A DNA stretch of 64,000 bases from an uncultured Gemmatimonadaceae bacterium (GTDB taxonomy: Bacteria > Gemmatimonadota > Gemmatimonadetes > Gemmatimonadales > Gemmatimonadaceae), in the NCBI GenBank assembly GCA_963829055.1, contig CAWHHI010000006.1, positions 448,001-512,000 on the forward strand, read 5' to 3'. The position numbers and the translations under genes were made by a program. Positions 43,589-52,962 of the stretch are shown piece after piece; position 1 is the first letter of the stretch; every line of letters begins with the position of its first letter. The notes beneath the pieces were generated by a model. The model searched no databases. It saw nothing but the letters and a program-made list of their open reading frames with translations, and had not been told where the DNA came from.

Positions 43589-43925
43589 CTAGTGCGGCTG
43601 CGCGGCGGTCCGGCGCCGCAGCTCGTCGAAGAAGTTGAACATCACCGTGACGTGATCCTTGCTCTGGGCCGGCACGGCGGTCGGTGCGGGCACCAGAGCG
43701 ATAATTCGCTCGCCATCAGGCGCGAGGTCGTAGTTAGGCATCACACCCGTGTCGGCGAGGCGCACTTGCGCCCAGGCGCGCGGCGGCTGAGCAACAAAGG
43801 AATCACCCTTCGTACTATACCGCACGGCCATCAGCCGCTGGTCATCGGTCGCGTAGAAGAGATCGTGACCGTTCCGGGACCAACGCGGAATGCGCCCGCC
43901 GCCGGTCGAAATCGGCACCCGGCCG
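43589..43925 (-). pseudogene. 3' fragment of a TolB/PD40-repeat protein of the kinase-associated type
   Basis: ISTGGGRIPRWSRNGHDLFY...YDLAPDGERII...VMFNFFDELRR; no upstream part of the gene. Confidence 0.7.
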
Positions 43926-44225
43926 GACGGCCTTTCACGCGTTTCGAGTCGTCAACCTGGCGACCGGGACGCAAACCGCCGAGATCACGCTGACGGCGGC
44001 CAATGGCGATCTGTTGCGTACGACCGACGTCAGTATGCGCACCGCGATTCCTGCCGACCAGTTTCCTCTTTACGGGCACGACGACGATCGTGAGTGGAAC
44101 CGGACGCTTCGCCAACGCCACGGGCGCGTTGCAGGCTGAAGGTGAGGTGGATCTGATTACCGGCGCCGCGTCGATTCGCGTACGACGGCTGGATCGCGTA
44201 CGACGCGTCAGACCGCTCCAACTGA
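43920..44225 (+). pseudogene. 3' fragment of a hypothetical secreted beta-rich protein
   Basis: ...VVNLATGTQTAEITLTAANGDLL...IVSGTGRFANATG...YDGWIAYDASDRSN*; no start codon. Confidence 0.55.
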
Positions 44226-44241
44226 CAGACGGGACGGAGCG

Positions 44242-45006
44242 ATGACCATCGCCCAGACGATTCCCGTTGCTCGGGCAGTGGAAGACACCGAGCGCTTCTA
44301 CGTGCGGATGGCGGCGACGTTCGTCGCCGTCGCGGTGATCGGGTTCGCTCCCACGTACTGGGTGCCGATGGCTCGCGGCACGCTCTCGGTTCCGCCGATC
44401 GTTCACATCCACGGGCTGCTGTTCTTCGGGTGGACGTTGCTGTTCTGGGCGCAGACGTCGCTCGCGGCTGGAGGCAGGTTGACGCGCCACCGCGAGCTCG
44501 GGGTCGTGGGCGTCTCGGTCGCGACGGCGATGTGCTTCGTCGGCATCGCGGTCACCATCAGCAGCCTCGAGCGCGGGAGCGCTGCCGGCTTCGGTCCGGC
44601 GGCTCGCGCGTTCTCGGTCGTATCGGTCACGGCGATCCTGCTGTTCGCGGTGCTGGTCGCCGTCGCGCTCGTGAACGTCACGAAGCCGGATGTGCACAAG
44701 CGACTCATGCTCATCGCGACGGCGTCGTTGCTTCAGGCGGGCATTGGCCGCTGGTTCGCTTTGTTCCTCAGGCCGCCCGGGGTCAATCCTCCGCCGCCCG
44801 TGGTGGTGACCGTGATGCCTGGGCTCCTGGCCGATCTCTTGTTCGTTCTCGGCATGATCCACGATCGGCGGACTCGGGGCCGAGTGCATCCGGTGTACTG
44901 GATAGCGGGAGCGGCGGTGGTCGGGGTGCAGGTACTCCGAGTGCCTCTGAGCACGACGAGTGCGTGGACGCGCGTGACCGACTGGCTGCTGGCGGTCGGT
45001 ATCTAA
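44242..45006 (+). CDS. Hypothetical polytopic membrane protein
   Basis: About 7 hydrophobic segments; VHIHGLLFFGW, HRELG, HKRLMLIAT, RVHPVYW. Confidence 0.8.
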   Translation: MTIAQTIPVARAVEDTERFYVRMAATFVAVAVIGFAPTYWVPMARGTLSVPPIVHIHGLLFFGWTLLFWAQTSLAAGGRLTRHRELGVVGVSVATAMCFVGIAVTISSLERGSAAGFGPAARAFSVVSVTAILLFAVLVAVALVNVTKPDVHKRLMLIATASLLQAGIGRWFALFLRPPGVNPPPPVVVTVMPGLLADLLFVLGMIHDRRTRGRVHPVYWIAGAAVVGVQVLRVPLSTTSAWTRVTDWLLAVGI

Positions 45007-45010
45007 GGAC

Positions 45011-45181
45011 GTCATTCCGAGCGGGTCGTCATTCCGAGCGAGCGCAGCGAGTCGAGGAATCGCGATGTCCCGGTAGAGGGGCAGCCGCTCAATCCCGGGA
45101 GCAAGGATTCCTCATGCGCCAGAGGGCACCCGCGCGCGTTCGGCGCTTCGCTCGGAATGACACAGCTCCGCTCGGAATGAC
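45011..45181. repeat. Palindromic repeat family B, copy 4 (both ends duplicated)
   Basis: GTCATTCCGAGCG x2..GTCGAGGAATCGCG..GGTAGAGGG..GATTCCTC..CGCTCGGAATGAC x2. Confidence 0.88.
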
Positions 45182-45201
45182 AACCGAGCTAGAATGGTGG
45201 T

Positions 45202-46753
45202 GTGAATTTCCACCATCTAGTGCTCACCTCGACCGCCGTCGCCACGACGAGCGGTCGCCTGGAGAAGATCGCGCTGCTCGCCGAGCTGCTGCGGGGGCTC
45301 GATCCAGCCGAGGTGACAACAGCCATCGGTTTTCTCACGGGCTGGCCTCGACAGGGAAAGCTCGGCATCGGGTGGGCGACGCTCGAGGCAGCGAAACCCG
45401 CGACCACGCCCGACGACGCCGTCGCTCTCGATCGCCGACGTGGACGCCGCGTTCACCGAGCTTCAGGCGGTGAAAGGGAAGGCGTCTACGGCGCAGCGTC
45501 GTCAGCTGCTCACCGATCTCATGTCGCGGGCGACCGCCGAGGAACAGCGATTCCTGTATGCGCTCGCCGTCGGCGAGGTGAGGCAGGGCGCGCTCGAAGG
45601 CGTGATGGCCGAAGCCGTCGCCCGCGCGGCCAACCTGCCCGCCGCCCGCGTTCGACGCGCCGCCATGCTCGCCGGCGACCTCGCCGCCGTCGCCGAAGCG
45701 GTGCTCGTCGAAGGGGAGGAAGGGCTGGCGCGCTGGTCACTGCAGCTCTTCCGACCCATCCAGCCCATGCTCGCCGACTCCGCGCCTAACGTGACGGAAG
45801 CGCTCGAGGAGTTGGGCGAGGGGCGGCGCTCGAGTGGAAGCTCGACGGCGCGCGCATCCAGGTGCACAAGCAGGACGACCGCATCGCCATCTACACGCGC
45901 AGCTTGAACGACGTCACGGCCGCGGTACCGGAAGTGGTCGATGCCGTCCGCGCGATGTCGGCGCGCGAGCTGATCCTCGACGGGGAAGTGATCGCGCTGG
46001 ATCGCGACGAGCGTCCGCTCCCGTTTCAGGTCACGATGCGCCGGTTCGGCCGGAAGCTCGACGTCGACGTCGCTGCAGGCGGAGCTGCCCGTCCTCCCGT
46101 TCTTCTTCGACATCCTGCGGCTCGACGGCGAAGATCTGCTCGACTGCCCACTGACCGAGCGCCTAACGCGCCTCGACGGCGTCGTGCCGGCGTCGATGCG
46201 CGTGCCGCGCATCATCACCGCCGACGTCGAGGAAGCGAAACGCTTCGAGGCGACTGCGCTCGACCGCGGTCACGAAGGACTCATGGCGAAGTCGCTCGCT
46301 GCCCCCTACGCGGCCGGACGCCGCGGCTCGGCATGGCTCAAGATCAAGACGGCGCGCACGCTCGACCTCGTGGTCCTCGCCGTGGAGTGGGGATCGGGCC
46401 GTCGCAAAGGGTGGCTCAGCAACATTCACCTTGGCGCGCGCGATCCGGCGACGGGCGGCTTCGTCATGCTCGGCAAGACGTTCAAGGGGATGACGGACGA
46501 GATCCTCGAGTGGCAGACGAAGGAGTTGCTGGCGCGCGAGACGCATCGCGACGGGCACATCGTGTACGTCCGGCCGGAGCTCGTCGTCGAGGTGGCGTTC
46601 AACGATGTGCAGCGCAGTCCGCACTACCCGGGCGGCGTCGCGCTGCGGTTCGCGCGGATCAAGGGCTACCGTCACGACAAGCGCGCCGAGGATGCGGACA
46701 CGATCGACGCCGTCATGCGGTTCGTCCCGCCCATTCCCTCAACACTTGATTGA
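45202..46753 (+). CDS. ATP-dependent DNA ligase, frameshifted
   Basis: [45 protein letters not shown]. Confidence 0.93.
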
Positions 46754-46780
46754 ATGAGCGCGCGGCGGTAGTGTGTGCCC

Positions 46781-49477
46781 ATGACGTTTCCAAGCGAGAC
46801 ACCGCGCTGGCGGCGCTACCTCCGATTCTGGCGCCGCGACGTCCCGGCTGACATCGAGGACGAGCTCGCCTTCCATTTCCAGATGCGCATCGGCGAGCTC
46901 ACGGAGCAGGGCCTTCCCCCGGACGCCGCGCGCCGGCAGGCGCTCGAAGAGTTCGGTGACGTGAACACCGTGCGCACGAGCCTCGAGGCGATCGACCAGC
47001 GCGTGGCACGCCGCGAGAGCCGCATGGAGTGGGTCGACAGTTGGCGGCAGGACATCGCGTATGCAGCGCGATCCCTCCGTCGCACGCCCGGCGTCACGCT
47101 CACGATCGTCGTGACGCTCGCCCTCGGACTTGGCGCCAACACCGCGATGTTCTCGCTGCTGAACGCGGTGTTCCTGCGGCCGCCTGCTGGTGTCGCGAAG
47201 CCTGATCAGGTCCGTCGCGTGTGGTCGGAGTTCATGTTCCGCACGGGACGGCAGTTCTGGCCCGGTTACGACTACGCGCAGTATGACGAGCTGCGGAAAG
47301 CCATCGCCGGACTCGGCGTGGCGACGATCTACCAGCAAGCCGAAGAAGTGAAGGTCAGTCGCGGTGCCTCGGCGCCGCGCGCGCTGATGGCCAGAGCACC
47401 GAGTGACTTTTTCTCGCTGGTCGGAGTGCGTCCCTCACTCGGGCGGTTTTTCACGGCCGAGGAAGACCGGTTAGGCAAGGGGCAACGCGTCGCGGTGGTG
47501 AGCCACGCCTTCTGGACCCGCGCGCTCGGCGCCGACACTGCCGCGTTAGGGCAGACGATCGTGCTCGGGGGCGAGCCCTACACACTCATCGGCGTGGCGG
47601 AGCGGCGATTCAACGGCGTCGATCTCAGTGCGACCGAGGTGTGGGTTCCGCTCGCCACCGTCGGGAACATCGACGAGAAGCCGTGGTGGACGGATTACCG
47701 TGTGAACGGGTTCCAGATTCTGATTCGGCTGGCCGACGGTGTGAGCGATGCGGCTGTCGACGCCCGGGCGACGCAGACGCTCCGCCGGCCCGACGTGCGG
47801 CGCACAGGGGTGGACTCGCTGTCGGTCACCCGCGTCGGCTCGATCATCGCGGACCGCGGACCGGGGAAGAAGACGCAGGAAGTGCAGGTCGCCACGCGCC
47901 TTGGCGGCGTCGCCCTGATCGTGCTCGTGATCGCCTGTGCGAACGTGGTGAATCTCCTGCTCGCCCGTGCCATGCGGCGGCGCCGCGAGATCGCCATGCG
48001 TCTCGCGCTGGGCATCTCCCGCGGCCGGCTCGCGCGGCTCATCCTGACGGAGAGCGTGCTGCTGGCCACCGCCGCTGGTGTGGCCGCCATCATCGCGGCG
48101 CATTGGGGCGGGTTGGCGTTGCGGGCGCTGCTCCTGCCTAACGTCCACTGGGCAGAAATGCCGGTCGACTGGCGCGTACTCGTCGGAGCGTTGGTCGCCG
48201 TGGTGCTCGCCGGTCTCGCCGCCGGCGTCGTTCCAGCGATTCAGTCGGGATCGACGAAGCTGACCGACGTCCTCAAGGCCGGGGCGCGCGAGGGATACGT
48301 TCGCCGCTCGCGCCTTCGCTCGCTGCTCGTCGTCGCCCAGGTCGCACTTTCGGTGATGCTGCTGACCGGCGCCGCGTTGTTCATGCGGAGTCTGTCCAAC
48401 GTCCGGTCGCTGGATCTCGGCTTCGACGCGAGCCGGCTCATCTTCGCGCGCGTGAGTTTCGACACGAAGGACGCACGTCGCGATTCGCTCGCGTCGGAGC
48501 GATTCGAAGAAGCAGCGCGACGCATGCGCGCGGCGCCCGGCGTACAGGCGGCCGCGCTCACGGCCATGCGACCAATGTACGGGTTCAGCTTCGTGTCGTA
48601 CTACCCGGACGCGGATACGGTCGCGCACGCGAAGCCTCTCGGGATGTACTGGGCTGTGTCGCCGGAGTACTTCGCCACGGCGGGAACGCGTATCATCGCC
48701 GGCAGTGGCTTTCCGGCGGGCAGCGCGGCAACGCCACCATCCGTCATCGTGAACACCGCCATGGCCGACGCTCTGTGGCCGGGCGAGAGCCCGTTGGGCC
48801 GCTGTGTGCGATTCGACAAAGCGGACGGGCGATGCAACACCATCATCGGAGTCGTGGAGACCGCGCGGTGGGGACAACTCATCGAGGAAGCCACTCCACA
48901 GTTCTACCTGCCGTTGGGCAACATGCCATTCCCTCAGGGCCCACGGACGATCGCCATTCGAACGGACGAGGCAATGGCGCCGGCGGTCGTGCGGCAACTG
49001 CGCAGTGTCATTGCGGAAGAATTTCCTGGCGGTGAGCCTCTCATCGAGCGGATGTCCACGGTGCTCGAGCCGCACTATCGACCGTGGCGGCTGGGCGCGA
49101 CGCTGTTCACGTTGTTCGGCGTGCTCGCCGGCATCGTCGCGGCGCTCGGCGTGTACAGCACGGTGTCGTACAGCGTGAGCCAGCGGACGCACGAGTTCGG
49201 GGTGCGTGTGGCGTTAGGCGCGCAGTTCGGCGACGTGATGCGCCACGTGCTCGGCGAGGGGCTCCGGGTCGTGTGGGGCGGCGTCGTGGTGGGCGTGGCG
49301 TTGTCGCTGCTTGCAGGCCGACTCGTTGCCGCACTCCTGTACGGTGTCACGCCGCGCGATCCGGCTGCGCTCTCGGTCGTGGTGGTGACGCTGCTTGCCG
49401 TTGCGACGGTAGCGGCGCTGGTGCCTGCCTGGCGCGCGTCACGCGTGGATCCGCTGACGGCGCTGCATAACGAGTAG
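46781..49477 (+). CDS. ADOP-type duplicated ABC transporter permease (MacB/FtsX domains)
   Basis: DIEDELAFH, TLALGLGANTAMFS, IACANVVNLLLARA, RTHEFGVRVALGA, PAWRASRVDP. Confidence 0.92.
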   Translation: MTFPSETPRWRRYLRFWRRDVPADIEDELAFHFQMRIGELTEQGLPPDAARRQALEEFGDVNTVRTSLEAIDQRVARRESRMEWVDSWRQDIAYAARSLRRTPGVTLTIVVTLALGLGANTAMFSLLNAVFLRPPAGVAKPDQVRRVWSEFMFRTGRQFWPGYDYAQYDELRKAIAGLGVATIYQQAEEVKVSRGASAPRALMARAPSDFFSLVGVRPSLGRFFTAEEDRLGKGQRVAVVSHAFWTRALGADTAALGQTIVLGGEPYTLIGVAERRFNGVDLSATEVWVPLATVGNIDEKPWWTDYRVNGFQILIRLADGVSDAAVDARATQTLRRPDVRRTGVDSLSVTRVGSIIADRGPGKKTQEVQVATRLGGVALIVLVIACANVVNLLLARAMRRRREIAMRLALGISRGRLARLILTESVLLATAAGVAAIIAAHWGGLALRALLLPNVHWAEMPVDWRVLVGALVAVVLAGLAAGVVPAIQSGSTKLTDVLKAGAREGYVRRSRLRSLLVVAQVALSVMLLTGAALFMRSLSNVRSLDLGFDASRLIFARVSFDTKDARRDSLASERFEEAARRMRAAPGVQAAALTAMRPMYGFSFVSYYPDADTVAHAKPLGMYWAVSPEYFATAGTRIIAGSGFPAGSAATPPSVIVNTAMADALWPGESPLGRCVRFDKADGRCNTIIGVVETARWGQLIEEATPQFYLPLGNMPFPQGPRTIAIRTDEAMAPAVVRQLRSVIAEEFPGGEPLIERMSTVLEPHYRPWRLGATLFTLFGVLAGIVAALGVYSTVSYSVSQRTHEFGVRVALGAQFGDVMRHVLGEGLRVVWGGVVVGVALSLLAGRLVAALLYGVTPRDPAALSVVVVTLLAVATVAALVPAWRASRVDPLTALHNE

Positions 49478-49628
49478 TCATTCCGAGCGAAGGCCGAAGG
49501 CCGAAGTCGAGGAATCGCGATTATGCAGGTAGAGGGCTCTCTACCCGGCAGAGTCTCGATTCCTCGACTCGCTGTCGCTCGCTCGGAATGACAACCCTCC
49601 GCGCCTACGGCGCTCCGCTCGGAATGAC
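49477..49628. repeat. Palindromic repeat family B, copy 5
   Basis: GTCATTCCGAGCG..GTCGAGGAATCGCG..GGTAGAGGGCTCTCTACC..GATTCCTCGAC..CGCTCGGAATGAC x2. Confidence 0.9.
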
Positions 49629-51658
49629 GGCTACGGGCACCTTCCGCGTCTCGAGCGCAGGCGCCGGCGGCAGCCCCGTCACCTGCAGGATCTCCTTCTC
49701 ATCCAGCGTCTCGCGCGCGAGCAGCGCTTCGGCGAGCGCATCGAGCTGTTGTCTGTGCTGGCCCAGGAGCAGCAGCGCCTGGTCGTGGCTCTCGGTGATG
49801 ATGCGCTGCACCTCGGAGTCGACCACGCGAGCCGTCTCCTCGCTGAACGACTTCGGACCCTCATAGCCGTCCAGGCTCGCGAGGTACGGGTTCTCGCGGG
49901 GCGCCAGCTGCACCATCCCGAGCCGCTCGCTCATGCCCCAGCGCGTGACCATGCTGCGGGCGAGCGTGGTTGCCTGCTCGATGTCGTTCTGCGCGCCCGT
50001 CGTCTTCGTGCCGTAGACGATCTCCTCGGCCGCACGTCCACCGAGCATCCCGACGATTCGCGCCTTGAGATACGCCTCTGGATAATTGTACCGATCGCTG
50101 TCGGGACGCTGGTACGTCACGCCTAACGCCTGACCGCGCGGCACGATCGTCACGCGGTTGACGGGATCCGCGCCCGGTACCACCAGGCCAAGGATGGCAT
50201 GGCCGCCCTCGTGGTACGCGATCCGTTCACGGTCCTGACGGGTCATGAGCAGCGGGCGCTCGGGACCGAGCACGATCTTCTCGAGCGCGTCCAGGAAATC
50301 CTTCTGGCGAACGTCGTTCTGGTCGCGACGCGCGGCGAGCAGTGCCGCTTCGTTCACGAGATTCCTGAGATCGGCGCCGGAGAGGCCAGGCGTTGCCGCC
50401 GCGATCTCCGCGATGCTCACGTCGGGCGCGAGCGGCACGCGGCGCGTGTGCACCTTGAGGATCGCCTCGCGTCCGTTCCGGTCGGGAAGATTGACGACCA
50501 CTCGCCGATCGAATCGGCCCGGCCGCAACAGCGCCTTGTCGAGAATGTCCGGCTGGTTCGTCGCGGCGAGTACGATGATCCCTTCGCGACTCGAGAAGCC
50601 GTCCATCTCCGTCAGGATCTGGTTCAGCGTCTGCTCCTGCTCGCTCGAGCCGCCGATCGCGGTCTGTCCGCGCGCGCGGCCGATCGAATCCAGCTCGTCG
50701 ATGAAGATGATGGCCGGTGCGTGCTCGCGGGCCTGCTTGAACAGGTCGCGCACGCGCGCTGCGCCGACGCCGACGATCATCTCCGACGAACTCCGAGGCG
50801 CTCATCGAGAAGAACGGCACGCCGGCTTCGCCAGCGACCGCCTTCGCGAGCAGCGTCTTGCCCGTCCCGGGTGCGCCGATGAGCAGCACGCCCTTCGGGG
50901 CAGCGCCGCCGAGTCGCGTGTACTTCGCCGGGTCTCTGAGGAAGTCCACGACCTCGACCAGCTCGTTCTCGGCTTCGTCGATGCCGGCGACGTCCTCGAA
51001 CGTGACCTTCGTCTCCTGCTCCTGGTCGAAGCGCCGCGCGCTGCTCTTGCCGAGCTCCAGTGAGCGCGCCGCCCATGCCGCCGCCTTGCTGCGCGCGCCG
51101 ATACATCCAGACGTAGAAGACGATGATGAGGATCGCCGGGCCGAAGCCGAACAGGAAGGTCGTGATCGGGTTGCCGCCTTCGTCGATCGGCTCGGCGTTG
51201 ATCTTCACGCCGTTGTCGATGAGGAGCGTCTCGAAGCCGGGGTCCACGAATGAAGGCAGGGTGGTCGAGAATATCGTCACCTGCCGCGGCTCGATGCGCG
51301 ACCCGCGAGACGTGCGCGACGTCGTATCGCCCGGTGGCGGGTACGTCACCGCTGTCCCGAAATGGCCGGTGATGCTTTCGCCGCGACTGTAGATGTCGCG
51401 GACGTTTCGCTTCGTGACTTCCTGCTTGAAGAGCGTGTACGGCACCTTCACCGGCGCGTCCGAGCGCGGGAAGACGTAGCGCACGAGCAGGAAGTTGATG
51501 GCGAGCACGACGAGGAACCACGTCCACGTGCGACTCGGAGGCATGGCCGGCCGCGGCGTGCCGGGTTTGGACTCGTTAGGTGCGCCGGGGGGGCGACCCT
51601 GCGGGGTCCTGACCGGGGGAGTATTTCGGCGACCCTGAGCCGCCGGCTGATTCGCCAT
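49605..51658 (-). CDS. ftsH: ATP-dependent zinc metalloprotease FtsH, frameshifted
   Basis: Two TM segments, [48 protein letters not shown]. Confidence 0.95.
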
Positions 51659-51850
51659 GCTGGATTGCCTCCGTTCGAGCGACCAGGCGATTCGTGGAAG
51701 ATACGCGTCCAGGCGCTTCGAATGGCTGAGTGCGGCGTCCGTACACTACTGTTCAGTTGTGGCGTCGTACGTGCAGACTGTCTCGGCCATAGCGGTTGCA
51801 GTGGACGAGCGCGTTGGCGCGGCATCACTCGAGTCTTCCGAGTTTCAGAC

Positions 51851-52933
51851 ATGACCCATGCGTTCGTTAGGCGTGTGCACCCGGGGCGCGCTGCCCACAT
51901 CGCTGTCGCCGCGACGCTCTGCGGGCTCCTCGGCCTGGGACATCCCGTGGAGGGGTCGGCGCAGGGGGTGAACCCGGCACTCGATCAATACCTGCAGCGC
52001 CTGGGGATCGACGCTCGCCAGCGGGCCACCGCTGCGCGCGGACGTGCGGTCGCGAAACTGTTGCCAGAGAAGGACAACCGGGACGTCACAGTCGTCGGGC
52101 TGATCGGTGTGAACGTGCCGCGCGACACCGTAGTTGCGCGAGCGTTCGACATCGAGCGGGCGCTCGCGGCGCGCGAGGGTCGCTATCACGTCTTCGGAAA
52201 TCCGCCTTCGGCAGCCGACGTTGGCGGCGTCGCGTTCGACGAGTCCGAGTACCGCGGCCTCCGCAACTGCAAATCCGGCGACTGTGACTTCAAGCTGCCC
52301 GCTGCCGACATGACGGGTTTCGTCCAGCAGGTGAACTGGTCTTCGCGCGGGGCGAAAGCGCAGGCTGATGAGCGACTGCGGGCGATGATGCTGCGGTTCG
52401 CGACGGAGTACTCGGCGCACGGCAACTCAGCGATGCCGGTGTACGAGGATGAGCGTGGCGTGAAGTCCGGTGATGTATTCGCCACCCTGCTCGCGCAAAT
52501 CACGGATCTCTACCCGGACGCGGCCGAGTTGACGCGCTATCTCGCGACGTATCCCGCTGGTCGCCCACACGGCGCGAGGGACGTCCTGTACTGGTCGGAA
52601 GACCGGCTGCCGCATCTGCGCCCGATGCTCACGCTCGACCACGTCGTGGTGTTCAAGCCGACGCGTGCGGACGCAGCCGCGCTCGTCGCTCGCAAACAGA
52701 TCTACGCCAACCACTACTTCGAGGGTGCGCTCGAGCTGCTCGCGATCGTCGAGGGCGGCGGCGGACCCGGGGAACCTGCAGCCTACATGCTGACGGTGCG
52801 ACGCTTCCGCTTCGACAACCTTCCTGGCGGTCTGCTGAACATTCGCGGCCGGGTGCGCCGCGGCCTGGCCGATGCCGCGCGAGATGATCTCGAACAGCAA
52901 CGAGCGTTGATGCAATCCGCGGCGAGCCCCTAG
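51851..52933 (+). CDS. Hypothetical secreted protein
   Basis: Signal-like N-terminus; CKSGDCDFKLP, LYWSE, KQIYANHYFEG. Confidence 0.7.
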   Translation: MTHAFVRRVHPGRAAHIAVAATLCGLLGLGHPVEGSAQGVNPALDQYLQRLGIDARQRATAARGRAVAKLLPEKDNRDVTVVGLIGVNVPRDTVVARAFDIERALAAREGRYHVFGNPPSAADVGGVAFDESEYRGLRNCKSGDCDFKLPAADMTGFVQQVNWSSRGAKAQADERLRAMMLRFATEYSAHGNSAMPVYEDERGVKSGDVFATLLAQITDLYPDAAELTRYLATYPAGRPHGARDVLYWSEDRLPHLRPMLTLDHVVVFKPTRADAAALVARKQIYANHYFEGALELLAIVEGGGGPGEPAAYMLTVRRFRFDNLPGGLLNIRGRVRRGLADAARDDLEQQRALMQSAASP

Positions 52934-52962
52934 CGAGCCCCTGATCTGAAGCCGAGCACGAC

